Shown here: positions 46,180 to 56,862 of the stretch, piece by piece
Layout of the letters: every line of letters starts with the position of its first letter
Position numbering within the stretch: position 1 is the first letter of the stretch
IMG/VR virus record: IMGVR_UViG_3300010347_000503
Coordinates: 1-64,000 of that record
Strand: one strand, 5' to 3'
DNA from: a virus
Taxonomy: Duplodnaviria; Caudoviricetes
Length of the DNA: 64,000 bases
Position numbers and translations under genes: made by a program
The notes under the pieces: model-generated
Seen by the model: the letters and a program-made list of their open reading frames with translations, nothing else
What the model was told of the DNA's origin: nothing
Databases searched by the model: none

Positions 46180-47415
46180 ATGATAAAATTTTATGACACA
46201 TGTAGTTTGTTGGAACTTCAAGAGGAAGTATTCAACGATTCCAAGTTTTATATCTCCAGCATTACTCTTTCTGAACTGGAACAGATAAAAACCTCTGGAA
46301 CAAGAGATGAAGAAATTAAGTGGAAAGCGCGGCAGGTGCTTAACTGTCTCCGTCAACATAAACAATCTTATGAAATTATTATTTTTGACAAAGAAGTTGA
46401 AGCATATTTAGATGATTTACAATTAATTTCTAATAATGATAATAAAATAATCGTTTCTGCATATATGCGAAATCAGAATGAGCCTATTACTTTTGTAACT
46501 AATGATTTAGCTTGTGAAGCAATCGCTAATTCAGTTGGTTTAAAAACAGAAATGATTTCTGATAACATTGTAGATGATGATTACACTGGATATAAAATAA
46601 TTAAATTATCTGATGAAGAATTAGCTGATTTTTATATGCATATTCTTCAAGAAAATCAGAATAAATATAATTTATTAACAAATGAATATCTTTTAATTAA
46701 AGATAGTAATAATCATATAGTTGATAAATATAGATGGAATAATAAATATGAAAGTATTGGTTTTATTAAAGCAGAGTCTAAAATGTTTGGTAAAGTAACA
46801 CCAAAAGATGATTTACAATTACTTGCATTAGATGCATTAAATAATAATCAAATTACTATGCTTAGAGGCCCCGCGGGAAGTGGTAAATCTCACCTGGCTT
46901 TTGGATATATGTTTTCTTTATTGGATCAAGGTAAGATTGGAAAAATAATTATTTTCTGCAATACTGTTGCAACAAAAGGATCAGCTAAATTAGGCTACTA
47001 CCCTGGTTCCCGCACAGAAAAATTACTTGATAGTCAAATTGGTAATTTTCTTGAAAGCAAATTAAGTAGTCGTATTGAAGTAGAGCGTTTAATTGAAGAT
47101 GGAAGTCTCATTTTACTTCCTATGAGTGACATTCGTGGTTATGACACAACAGGAATGAATGCCGCAATTTATATCACTGAGGCACAAAATCTTGATATTG
47201 AACTAATGAAACTCGCTCTTCAACGTATTGGTGAAGACTCTATATGTATCCTTGATGGTGATGATAAAACTCAGGTTGATATGTCAATGTATGCGGGAAG
47301 TCATAATGGCATGAAGAGAGTGAGTAAAATATTTAGGGGTGCTGATTTCTATGGCGAGATCGCTCTCCAAAAAATCCATAGATCAAAAATTGCAGAATTG
47401 GCTCAACAATTATAA
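46180..47415 (+). CDS. phoH: PIN-PhoH (PhoH2-like) ATPase/RNase
   Basis: N-terminal FYDT..., NDNKII, VTND (PIN); GPAGSGKS, RG, TEAQN and GD..QVD. Confidence 0.85.
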   Translation: MIKFYDTCSLLELQEEVFNDSKFYISSITLSELEQIKTSGTRDEEIKWKARQVLNCLRQHKQSYEIIIFDKEVEAYLDDLQLISNNDNKIIVSAYMRNQNEPITFVTNDLACEAIANSVGLKTEMISDNIVDDDYTGYKIIKLSDEELADFYMHILQENQNKYNLLTNEYLLIKDSNNHIVDKYRWNNKYESIGFIKAESKMFGKVTPKDDLQLLALDALNNNQITMLRGPAGSGKSHLAFGYMFSLLDQGKIGKIIIFCNTVATKGSAKLGYYPGSRTEKLLDSQIGNFLESKLSSRIEVERLIEDGSLILLPMSDIRGYDTTGMNAAIYITEAQNLDIELMKLALQRIGEDSICILDGDDKTQVDMSMYAGSHNGMKRVSKIFRGADFYGEIALQKIHRSKIAELAQQL

Positions 47416-47457
47416 AAAGCTCCATAAGGAGCTTTTTTATTTTAAGGAGGCGAAATT

Positions 47458-47904
47458 ATGTTCAAAAAGATTTCAGAAATAATAGCCAATAAAAAACTAC
47501 AAAGAACTACAGATAAAATAAATTTAGAAAAACGAATATGGCTTCAAGAAAAACCTTTAATTGAACAAGAGAATCAAATAAACAATGAAAAACAAGAATT
47601 AAAACGAAAAAAAAGAGAAACAAAACTTCCATCTTGGAGTAAATTACTTTTAATATTTTTATTTATTAATTTTACTGTATTAGAATTATTTATAGGTTTT
47701 ATTACTTTATATAGTTTCAAATTAGCTGCGGAAGTTGGCTTAATGCCGGATCTTACTCCATTAATTACTTTAATAACCGCGGTTGTGGGTGAGACTATTT
47801 CATATTGGATCTATTGTGCAAAATCTAAAGCTGAAAATGTTAAAGATGGAATTGTTTATGAAACTACTATGTATAATCTAAGAAATAATGCGGAAGATGA
47901 ATAA
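47458..47904 (+). CDS. Two-TM membrane protein (holin-like, speculative)
   Basis: WSKLLLIFLFINF...; second TM; KSKAEN. Confidence 0.55.
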   Translation: MFKKISEIIANKKLQRTTDKINLEKRIWLQEKPLIEQENQINNEKQELKRKKRETKLPSWSKLLLIFLFINFTVLELFIGFITLYSFKLAAEVGLMPDLTPLITLITAVVGETISYWIYCAKSKAENVKDGIVYETTMYNLRNNAEDE

Positions 47905-47921
47905 TCTTCCGCATTTTTTTA
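47889..47921 (+). terminator. Intrinsic terminator
   Basis: TGCGGAAGAT-GAATA-ATCTTCCGCA followed by a T-run. Confidence 0.75.
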
Positions 47922-48171
47922 TTATATTTTTATACTTTTGAGCTGTAGCTAAGTTAAAATTGCAAACTAGTTTGACTTTTATAAAAATTTATGTTATAAT
48001 TATTATATAGTTCAATAGAGATTAGATATTGCTAAATAAAATTAGAATAAAAAAGAAAAATAGAATTTTAATAAAAATAAAAATAGCACAAGTAAAAACT
48101 TGGGTAACTTTAAATAATTTATTTTTTATAAAAAGTATATATAATATCAAAAATAGTAAAGGAGGAAAGAT

Positions 48172-48999
48172 ATGTTATATACTTTAAAAGATGGATCTCA
48201 AATAGAATCCGTGCCTATAGGACAATCATCTGTGAAAATAGGAGAAATTAGTCCCAATGGAATGTTAACTGTTTGCGATAGAGGACCAGCACCTTCTTCT
48301 GGAAGAGGAGCAACTGTGATTTGTAAATGTCGCTGTGGAAAATATACTTTATTAAAATTACAAGCGTTTAGAGATGGAACTACTAAATCTTGTGGATGTT
48401 ATAATAAAAAAGTACATCAAAAACTTTGTAAAGAAATAGGGAAAAAACAATATTTTAAAGATTATTCTTCTCCTGATTTAAATATAAATCCTTATTATAA
48501 TTTTATAAGTCCTACTGAAGAAATAACTCCATTAGGAGTAAAATGGATTATAAAATGTAAAAAATGTGGAAAAGAATTCATTGAGGTTCCAAATCAATTA
48601 ATTTCAGATAAAAGATGCAGAGGAAATAATCCATGCTCTTGTTGGAAACAAACAAGTAAAGGTGTTTTAAAATTAATTAATTTATTAGAAGAAATGAATA
48701 TTCAATATTTTACTGAATATTCATTTCCTACTTGTTTAAGTATTAAAAATAATCCTTTAAAATTTGATTTTTATTTGCCAGAACAAGATTTACTTATTGA
48801 ATATGATGGAGAACAACATTTTGAAGATAAAGGAATGTTTGGTGATAAATATCATGAACAAAAATTTAAATTACAACAAGAGTATGATAAAATAAAAAAT
48901 GATTGGTGCTTAAAAAATAATAAAAAACTTATTAGAATAAGCTATAAAGATTATAATAATATAAATCAACATTATATAGAAAGGATTTTAAATGAATAA
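48172..48999 (+). CDS. Homing endonuclease-like protein (Cys-rich repeats plus a DUF559/Vsr-like nuclease)
   Basis: CKCRCG, TKSCGC and LKFDFY...IEYDGEQHF. Confidence 0.75.
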   Translation: MLYTLKDGSQIESVPIGQSSVKIGEISPNGMLTVCDRGPAPSSGRGATVICKCRCGKYTLLKLQAFRDGTTKSCGCYNKKVHQKLCKEIGKKQYFKDYSSPDLNINPYYNFISPTEEITPLGVKWIIKCKKCGKEFIEVPNQLISDKRCRGNNPCSCWKQTSKGVLKLINLLEEMNIQYFTEYSFPTCLSIKNNPLKFDFYLPEQDLLIEYDGEQHFEDKGMFGDKYHEQKFKLQQEYDKIKNDWCLKNNKKLIRISYKDYNNINQHYIERILNE

Positions 49000-50926
49000 T
49001 AATTATAACTTAGATAGTGTTCAAAAATTAGATTTCTTTTCTGCGGTTCGTAAGTATCCGGGAATGTATATTGGTTCTAAAGATGCTGATGGATTACATC
49101 ATCTTGCTAAAGAAATAATTTCAAATAGTATTGATGAATATTTGAATGGTTCTTGTACTGAAATTGCAGTTACATTAGTAAAAGATGGAAGTTTAAAAAT
49201 AAGAGATAATGGTCGTGGTATTCCTATTGGCAAAAAACAAGGAAGCGAAAAGACTGCTTTAGAGTTATGTTTTACAGAAGAGCATGCAGGTGGTAAGTTC
49301 CTTAATGCAACAGGAGAAAGTGGTTATAATTCTGCTGGTGGTATGCATGGACTTGGTACTAAATGCGTTAATGCTCTTTCTGATAAAATGATAGTTATTA
49401 ATCAAAGAGATGGACAGAGAGAAACTCTTGAATTTATAAATGGAGAACAAAAGAAAAACGAAACAATTAAAATAAATAGTAAAGAAACTGGTCTTATAGT
49501 CCAATTTTATCCTAGTGCTAAATATCTTGAAGTAATAGATTTTGATGAAGCAAGATTAAAGAAAATGTTAGAAGAATTTAGCTTTCTTTGTAAAGGCTTG
49601 ACTTTTACTTTTATTAATGAAAAAGTAGGAGATGCATCTTTTGTAACATATAAATCAAAAAATGGATTATATGATTATCTTACTTATTTAACTAAAGATA
49701 AGGAAATGCTTTGTAAACCTTTTTATTTTGAACAAGAGGAAGGAACATATAAAGTAGAAGTAGCCTTTGGGTATAATAACAGTTATTCTTCTACTGTTAA
49801 ATTATATACAAATAATATTCCTCAGTTTAAAGGGACTCATTTAACAGGATTTAAAACAGCTTTTACAATGACTTTAAATTCTTTTGCTAGAGAGAAAGGT
49901 TGGTTAAAAGATAAAGATGAAAATCTTACTGGATCTGATTTAGAAGAAGGGCAACTTTTAGTTATTAATTTTAAAATGATCGATCCAGTATTTAAAGGTC
50001 AGAATAAAGAAGAATTATCTTCAACTGAAGGTAGAACATATGTTCAGAAATTCTCTATTGCTGCTTTAAAAGAATTATTTGGATATAATGAAAAAGATAT
50101 TAAAATAATTTTTGATAAATCTATTAATGCGCGGAAGGCGCGGGAAGCCGCTAAAAAAGCTAGAGATGCAGCCCGCAACATTACACCGAAAGATAAGAAA
50201 AAGCAACTTTTAAATCTTCCTACTAAATTGGTAGATTGTTGGAGTAAGGATAGACTGAAATGTGAGATATTAATTGCAGAAGGTGATTCTGCTGCAAATG
50301 GTTTGGTTGAAGGTAGAAATTCAGAAATTCACGCTATCTTCCCTATCAGAGGTAAAATTATTGCAGCATATAAGAATTCAACTGAAAAGATTTTTGCAAA
50401 CCAAGAAGTTGTAAATCTTATTAAAGCCATTGGTCTTGATCTCGATCCGAAGACGCATAAATTGATTTATGATATAAAGAAACTTAGATATGGCAAAATT
50501 CTTCTTTGTGCGGATGCTGATCCGGATGGAGCTAGCATTAGAAATCTTTTGATTGAGATGTTCTGGTGGTTGTGTCCAGAATTGATTTTAAATGGGCATA
50601 TATATACAACAATGCCACCTTTGTTTAGAATTACAACAAAGAAGAATGAATATATTTATTTGAAAGATGCGGCGGCGCTTGAGCAGTATAAAGCTCAGCA
50701 TCAAGGTGAAAAGTATCAGATTAATAGAAATAAAGGTTTAGGCGAGCAAGATGCAGATGAGCTTTGCGAAGCATTACTCAATCCCGCTACAAGAAATATT
50801 GCTCAATTAGTCGTATCTGATGAAAAGAAAGCTGCGGTATTAATAGAGACACTTCTCGGTCCAAGCGTACCGCCTCGAAGAGCATTCTTATTACAACACG
50901 CAGAGGAGGCAAATGACTGTGAATAA
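48992..50926 (+). CDS. gyrB: Type IIA topoisomerase (gyrase) subunit B
   Basis: VRKYPGMYIG, EIISNSIDE, GGMHGLG, AEGDSA, PIRGK and DADPDG. Confidence 0.92.
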   Translation: MNNNYNLDSVQKLDFFSAVRKYPGMYIGSKDADGLHHLAKEIISNSIDEYLNGSCTEIAVTLVKDGSLKIRDNGRGIPIGKKQGSEKTALELCFTEEHAGGKFLNATGESGYNSAGGMHGLGTKCVNALSDKMIVINQRDGQRETLEFINGEQKKNETIKINSKETGLIVQFYPSAKYLEVIDFDEARLKKMLEEFSFLCKGLTFTFINEKVGDASFVTYKSKNGLYDYLTYLTKDKEMLCKPFYFEQEEGTYKVEVAFGYNNSYSSTVKLYTNNIPQFKGTHLTGFKTAFTMTLNSFAREKGWLKDKDENLTGSDLEEGQLLVINFKMIDPVFKGQNKEELSSTEGRTYVQKFSIAALKELFGYNEKDIKIIFDKSINARKAREAAKKARDAARNITPKDKKKQLLNLPTKLVDCWSKDRLKCEILIAEGDSAANGLVEGRNSEIHAIFPIRGKIIAAYKNSTEKIFANQEVVNLIKAIGLDLDPKTHKLIYDIKKLRYGKILLCADADPDGASIRNLLIEMFWWLCPELILNGHIYTTMPPLFRITTKKNEYIYLKDAAALEQYKAQHQGEKYQINRNKGLGEQDADELCEALLNPATRNIAQLVVSDEKKAAVLIETLLGPSVPPRRAFLLQHAEEANDCE

Positions 50927-53267
50927 TACAATGGAATTAACTCAAGAGTTAGGTCAGAACTTTCTTGACTTTTCATATGAAGCAAATAGTCAGAGAGCAT
51001 TTGCTGATGCTAGAGATGGTCTTAAACCTGGTCAAAGAGCTTGTATTTGGGAAATGTATAATGAAGGATATAGTAGCAATAAGCCCCACGTAAAAGCAGC
51101 AAAAATTGCAGGCGGTATTATTGCTAACTGGTGGCCTCATAGTAATGATGCAATTTATGATACATTCGCAAGAATGTCTCAAACTTGGATTAACAATATT
51201 CCAGAAGTAGATTGGCACGGCGCAAATGGTTCTATTCAAATTAGTGGTGAGCCGGCTGCTATGCGTTATACCGAAGCCCGCCTAGCAAAAGTAATAGAAG
51301 AAGGAATGTTAAATAACATTAAGAAAAATAATGTCCCTATGATTCCTAACTTCTCAGAAGATGATGAATGGCCTCAGGTTCTTCCAGCGCTTATGCCACG
51401 ATTAATGATTAATGGATGTCAAGGTATTGGTAGTACAATAGCCAATGTATGGTTGCCGCATAATTTAACAGAACTTGCAGCAATTATTATCAAATATCTT
51501 GAAACAGGAGAAATAGATTATGATAATATCTTTCCTGATTTCCCTACTGGCGGTATTATCATAAATAAGAAAGATTTAGTTCCAATTTATAAAACTGGTA
51601 AAGGTAAAGTTATACTGCGCGGGAAGGCTGATATTAAGGGAAAAAGTATCTTCATTACAGAAATACCCTACCAAGTTTATGTAGAACCATTTATTGCACA
51701 AATTAAAGAGCTTATTCAGAAAGATGAATTGACAGGTATTTCTAATATTTTAAACAAGAGCGATAAGAAAAAACTCTTAATTGAAATTGAATGTGATGAA
51801 GCACCTGCAGGGGTTCTTAATCAGCTTTATAGAAAAACTACATTACAAAAATCTTATTCTGCTAATCAATTTGCTCTTGTAGGAAAGACACCTAAGTTAT
51901 TAACTTTAAAAGAGTATCTTGATATTTATATTCAACATAATTATGATTGTATCAAAAGAGAGCATGAATTTGATTTAAATAAAGCAAAAGATAGGTTAGA
52001 AATTGTTGAAGGTCTTATAAAAGCATTAGAAGATATTGATAATATTATTGCTTTAATTAAGAAAAGTGATAGTTCTTCTGATGCAGTTAAAAATCTTGTT
52101 GCTAAATATCAGTTTACAGAAAGACAAGCGAAAGCTATTGTAGATATGAAACTCGGTAAATTAGCACATCTTGAAAAAGTTGAACTTAATCAAGAAAGAA
52201 TTGATTTAACTTCAACAATAGAAAAATGTGAAGAAGTTATTAATAATGTAAGTAAACAAAAAGAAATTTATCTTGAAAGATTTAATTCTTTTGTGAAGAA
52301 GTATGCGGGAGCCCGCCATACTGAACTTACACATATTGATATCAAACCAGAAGAAAAAGAAATAGAAACGGTAGTTCCTGTCGATGTAGTAGTAGTAACA
52401 ACTCAATCTGGTCTGATTAAGAAAGTTCCTGTATCTAGTTATAAAGTACAGAGACGTGGCGGGAAGGGCGTTAAATCAGAAGATGATGCAGTTATGTCTA
52501 CTATTAAGACAAACACAGTAGACTATATGATGTTCTTCACCAACACTGGTAAGATGTATCGTACTGTTGTTGATAACATTCCTGATGGAACAAATGCAAC
52601 AAAAGGCGTTCCTATTAATAGTTTAGTACAACTCGATCAGAATGAAAAGGTTATAGCTGTGACTTCACTACACAGAACTACGTTGCCGAAATTTGCCATT
52701 TTTATAACAAGACAGGGAATGTTTAAAAAGACATTTTTGAACGAGTATCTCGGTGCGAAGAGAAATGCGGGAATCGCTGCTATTAAGCTACGTGAAGGTG
52801 ATAGCGTCGCGGCAGTAAGTTTCCAGGATGATGAAGAAATGATTATCGTTAGTAAGAATGGTATGAGTATCAGATTCGTAACAAAAGATATTGGCGCTAT
52901 TGGTAGATTATCTATTGGTGTAAAAGGCATTAATCTTGCGGAGGATGATGAAGTAGTTGCAGCACTTCCGGTTCATAAAGAAACTGATAAACTTGCAATC
53001 TTTACCGCAAACGGTCTTGGAAAGAAAGTTGAACTTAAAGAGTTTATGATTCAAGGTAGAGGCGGAAAAGGTACAATAGCAAGTAAAGTATCTGAAACTG
53101 GAAATGTAGTAGGTGCGGCGATGGTGTCTGATGAAGATAATATCCTCGTCACCGGAAATAAGACTTCAATCTGTTTCTCCGCAGCAGAAGTATCTTCTGG
53201 CTCAAAAGCAAGTAATGGTAATATGGTGATTAAAGATAATAGGATTATCTCTATAACAAAGATTTAA
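50913..53267 (+). CDS. gyrA: DNA gyrase subunit A
   Basis: DGLKPGQR, AAMRYTEARL, GyrA-box QRRGGKG and beta-pinwheel repeats. Confidence 0.92.
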   Translation: MTVNNTMELTQELGQNFLDFSYEANSQRAFADARDGLKPGQRACIWEMYNEGYSSNKPHVKAAKIAGGIIANWWPHSNDAIYDTFARMSQTWINNIPEVDWHGANGSIQISGEPAAMRYTEARLAKVIEEGMLNNIKKNNVPMIPNFSEDDEWPQVLPALMPRLMINGCQGIGSTIANVWLPHNLTELAAIIIKYLETGEIDYDNIFPDFPTGGIIINKKDLVPIYKTGKGKVILRGKADIKGKSIFITEIPYQVYVEPFIAQIKELIQKDELTGISNILNKSDKKKLLIEIECDEAPAGVLNQLYRKTTLQKSYSANQFALVGKTPKLLTLKEYLDIYIQHNYDCIKREHEFDLNKAKDRLEIVEGLIKALEDIDNIIALIKKSDSSSDAVKNLVAKYQFTERQAKAIVDMKLGKLAHLEKVELNQERIDLTSTIEKCEEVINNVSKQKEIYLERFNSFVKKYAGARHTELTHIDIKPEEKEIETVVPVDVVVVTTQSGLIKKVPVSSYKVQRRGGKGVKSEDDAVMSTIKTNTVDYMMFFTNTGKMYRTVVDNIPDGTNATKGVPINSLVQLDQNEKVIAVTSLHRTTLPKFAIFITRQGMFKKTFLNEYLGAKRNAGIAAIKLREGDSVAAVSFQDDEEMIIVSKNGMSIRFVTKDIGAIGRLSIGVKGINLAEDDEVVAALPVHKETDKLAIFTANGLGKKVELKEFMIQGRGGKGTIASKVSETGNVVGAAMVSDEDNILVTGNKTSICFSAAEVSSGSKASNGNMVIKDNRIISITKI

Positions 53268-53420
53268 GTGGGAGATGTCAAGCATCTCCCGCTTGACTTT
53301 TATAAAAATTTTTGTTATAATATAATTATGTTGGTCAAACAACAAAAAGTTATATTGCATAATAATTAAATATATTATGTATATTTGGGATCATTATAAA
53401 TAATGGAGGTTATATTTATA

Positions 53421-54080
53421 ATGAATGAGTTTCAAAAATCTTATATTTTAATTTTTACATCTTTATTAAGTATCATTTTACTTGCTTGCTCTCTGCGTCT
53501 GATGAATGACGTTAACGTACTAAACCAAAGAGTTGATAAACTTATAGAATATCAACAATCAACTCAAGTACCTGATGATTCAACACTTGCTGTGTCAGGT
53601 GAAATAACAATCGCAGGACTAGACGAAATAGTAGTAACAGAAGAAGATAAAGTAGTTGAAGAAGAAATAGAAATTAATGATGATCCCACATTAGCCAAAA
53701 GTAGATATGCAGATACTATTGATGGATTAACTAATTATGAAAAAGATTTAATCTGTCGCATTGCTTTCAGAGAAGCGGGAAACCAAAGTGAAGAAGGAAA
53801 ACGCGCAGTTATAGAAGTTATATTAAACAGACTGAATAGTGATGTATGGCCCAATACAGTAGAAGGTGTACTAAGTCAATCCCACCAATTTTCAACATGG
53901 CGCGGAAGAGCTAACGTATCAGCAGAGAATGTAGCAAGCATACAACCAATATTAGATAAAGTAGGTACAGAAGAGCCTATATTATCAGAAGATTATATAT
54001 ATTTTAATTCTTTATCTAATCCTAAAATGAATAACAGAGTAAAAATTCAAGATCATTGGTTCGGAACGGGGAATAGTTAA
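53421..54080 (+). CDS. SleB/Hydrolase_2 cell-wall hydrolase with an N-terminal TM
   Basis: IAFREAG, AVIEVILNR, WPNTVEGV..Q..QFS and HWF. Confidence 0.8.
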   Translation: MNEFQKSYILIFTSLLSIILLACSLRLMNDVNVLNQRVDKLIEYQQSTQVPDDSTLAVSGEITIAGLDEIVVTEEDKVVEEEIEINDDPTLAKSRYADTIDGLTNYEKDLICRIAFREAGNQSEEGKRAVIEVILNRLNSDVWPNTVEGVLSQSHQFSTWRGRANVSAENVASIQPILDKVGTEEPILSEDYIYFNSLSNPKMNNRVKIQDHWFGTGNS

Positions 54081-54161
54081 TACTATTCCCCGTTTTTGAC
54101 ATTTATAAAAAATTATGATATAATATATATATGTAAGAAATAAAAAAGAAAGAAGAAAAAC

Positions 54162-56120
54162 ATGGATTATATAGCGCAAAATATAAAAGATTTAATTTGG
54201 AAACTTAATAGATATACAAAAAATTATGATGAAGGCCATCCGCTTATCTCTGACAAAGAATGGGATGAACTTTATTTTGAGTTACAGAAAATGGAAGAAG
54301 AAACTGGTATTATTTATCCAGACTCTCCAACGCAGTCCATTTCCTATACTGTTGTTGATAATCTTAAAAAAGTAGAACATAATCACCCTATGCTTTCTCT
54401 TGCTAAAACAAAAGATATAGAAGAAATCAAGAGTTTTGTCAAGGGACATGACTGGTGTGGTATGTTTAAACTTGATGGATTAACTTGCTCTTTAACATAT
54501 GAAGATGGTAAATTAGTAAGGGCAGAAACCCGAGGAAATGGTATTATAGGTGAGGACATTCTTCATAATATTATGGTGATGGAAAGTGTTCCTAAAGTAA
54601 TTCCAAATAAAGAAATAACAGTAATAGATGGTGAAGTAATTTGTAAATATCCAGATTTTGAAAAATTTGCAGATGAATATAAACATCCTCGTAATTTTGC
54701 AAGTGGAAGCATTAGATTACTAGATGCTAAAGAGTCTGCAGCCCGCAATCTTACGTTTGTAGCTTGGGATTTGATTAAAGGGCGGGATGATATTGATTTC
54801 TTCTTTTGGAGACTTGAAAAACTTGATGAATGGGGTTTTGAAACAGTCCCAAGAGTAGGAGATATGGAAACAGTAGAAGATACCATTGAGGTATTGAATG
54901 AAATGAATGAATCTCATATCTATCCTATTGATGGTTATGTATTTAGATTTGAAAGTCAAAAATATTATAATAGTTTAGGTAATACAGATCATCACTTCAG
55001 GGGAGATATGGCTTTCAAATTCTACGATGATGAATATGAAACAGAATTGAAAAACATTAGTTATGATGTCTCAAGAAACGGTATTCTTACTCCAGTTGCA
55101 ATATTTGAACCTATTGAAATAGATGGAACTACTGTTAAAAAATGTTCATTATTTAATTTATCTGTTTTAGAAGAAAAATTAGGTAAACCTTATGTAGGAC
55201 AAAAAATTTGGGTAGTAAAAAGAAATCAAATTATTCCATATATTGAACGAGCTGAAAAAAATTGCGGGAGGTTATCATTGGGAATTTGTATGAATAATAT
55301 AGTATATATAAATATACCAACAGAATGCCCTATATGTGGACAAAAATTAATTATAGATACCTCTCCATCAGGGGTAAAGATATTAAAATGTATTAATAAA
55401 GATTGCAATGGAACATTGTTACATAAGCTAGAGCATTTTTGCTCTAAAAAAGGAATGAATATTTTAGGTCTTGGTGAAAAAACTATTGAATTTTTAATTC
55501 AAAAAAATTGGATTGCTAATTTTTCTGATATTTATAATTTAGAAAAATATAAAATAGAATGGAGTCAAGAACCTGGTTTCGGAGAAAATAGTGTAAATAA
55601 AATATTAGAGTCAATAGAAAAATCTAAAAAATGTACATTAGAATCTTTTATTAGTGCTATTGGGATTAATGGTATTGGATCTACAGTTGCAAAAGAAATC
55701 GTAAAGCATTACCCTACTTGGACAGAGTTTAGGGCGGCAATTGGCAGTAACTGGTATGAAATTGATGGATTTGGTCCAGAAATGAGTAAAGCAATTAATA
55801 AGTTTGATTACGATGAAGCAGATGAAATTGCAGCGATGTTTACTTTTAAGCAGCCAGAGGTTCAGCCTGAAATTCAACAGGCTGCCGCTATTAAAGATAA
55901 AGTGTTTGTTATCACTGGTAAGTTAACTTCTGGTCAATTTAAAAATAGAGATGCGCTTAAAGCAGATATTGAAGCAAATGGTGGAAAAGTAACTGGTTCA
56001 GTATCTTCTAAAACTAATTATCTTATTAGTAATGAAGATTCATCTTCCGCAAAGTCGCTTAAAGCAAAAGAACTTGGGGTAACGGTCATTACAGAAGATG
56101 AATATCTGTCAATGAAATAA
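54162..56120 (+). CDS. ligA: NAD-dependent DNA ligase
   Basis: KLDGL, TRGNG..GED, PRNFASG, Zn finger and BRCT. Confidence 0.92.
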   Translation: MDYIAQNIKDLIWKLNRYTKNYDEGHPLISDKEWDELYFELQKMEEETGIIYPDSPTQSISYTVVDNLKKVEHNHPMLSLAKTKDIEEIKSFVKGHDWCGMFKLDGLTCSLTYEDGKLVRAETRGNGIIGEDILHNIMVMESVPKVIPNKEITVIDGEVICKYPDFEKFADEYKHPRNFASGSIRLLDAKESAARNLTFVAWDLIKGRDDIDFFFWRLEKLDEWGFETVPRVGDMETVEDTIEVLNEMNESHIYPIDGYVFRFESQKYYNSLGNTDHHFRGDMAFKFYDDEYETELKNISYDVSRNGILTPVAIFEPIEIDGTTVKKCSLFNLSVLEEKLGKPYVGQKIWVVKRNQIIPYIERAEKNCGRLSLGICMNNIVYINIPTECPICGQKLIIDTSPSGVKILKCINKDCNGTLLHKLEHFCSKKGMNILGLGEKTIEFLIQKNWIANFSDIYNLEKYKIEWSQEPGFGENSVNKILESIEKSKKCTLESFISAIGINGIGSTVAKEIVKHYPTWTEFRAAIGSNWYEIDGFGPEMSKAINKFDYDEADEIAAMFTFKQPEVQPEIQQAAAIKDKVFVITGKLTSGQFKNRDALKADIEANGGKVTGSVSSKTNYLISNEDSSSAKSLKAKELGVTVITEDEYLSMK

Positions 56121-56195
56121 TGAAAATTAGCTGAAATCACTTGCAATTTTAGAAAATTTTTGTTATAATAGTATATGTAAGGAGATAGATAAAAT

Positions 56196-56375
56196 ATGAA
56201 AAACAAAGATTTAGAAAAAATTGCAAAGAAAGTTCTGGAGTTGGAACAAGCATGCCGACACGGCGATAACCTACCTGAGAATATGACTAAAATGGATATG
56301 ATTATGAGTTCCTTGGAGCCAGATGATCTGTTCGCTTTAGTGAAACTTTTAGAAGAAACGTCTTGCAATTTATGA
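56196..56375 (+). CDS. Hypothetical 59-aa protein
   Basis: Promoter and RBS AAGGAG. Confidence 0.55.
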   Translation: MKNKDLEKIAKKVLELEQACRHGDNLPENMTKMDMIMSSLEPDDLFALVKLLEETSCNL

Positions 56376-56480
56376 AAAATTTTGTTATAATATATATATA
56401 AAAGTGAGAGATATAAAAATAACATATCTATCTACTTTATAAATAAAATAAAAAAATAAAATTTTAAGGAGAATTTAAAA

Positions 56481-56780
56481 ATGGGAAAAAGTGTTAGTGA
56501 AAAGAGTTTAGTAGTATTGAATTATCTTAACAGTATCGGTGATGAGAACGTTACAGCAGCAGATATTGCTGAAGCACTTGGTATGGAAAAGAAATCTGTA
56601 GATGGTATTGTTACATCTGGTTTGATTCGTAACAAGGGACTTGCAGAGAGAATTCCAGCAGAGATTGAACTTGAGGATGGTACTCATAAGACAGTTAAGT
56701 TTATTAAGTCTACTGCGGCTGGTAAGGCTTATGATCATGAGGCAGCTAAGGCAGAGGATGCTGCGGCTTCAGCTGAGTAA
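56481..56780 (+). CDS. wHTH DNA-binding protein
   Basis: VTAADIAEALGMEKKSVDGIVT...KGL. Confidence 0.7.
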   Translation: MGKSVSEKSLVVLNYLNSIGDENVTAADIAEALGMEKKSVDGIVTSGLIRNKGLAERIPAEIELEDGTHKTVKFIKSTAAGKAYDHEAAKAEDAAASAE

Positions 56781-56862
56781 TTGAAATTATAAATTACTTC
56801 TTATGATAAAAATAAAATGGGTGAAGTTTTAAACTTCACCCATTTTCTTTAAGGAGAAACTT

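Noticed and set aside
48992-56120. Host chromosome origin of the window because of gyrAB/ligA/clpP/ssrA
   Set aside because: The genes are divergent, interspersed with homing endonucleases and phage-type ORFs, and lack bacterial synteny; large phages are known to carry them.
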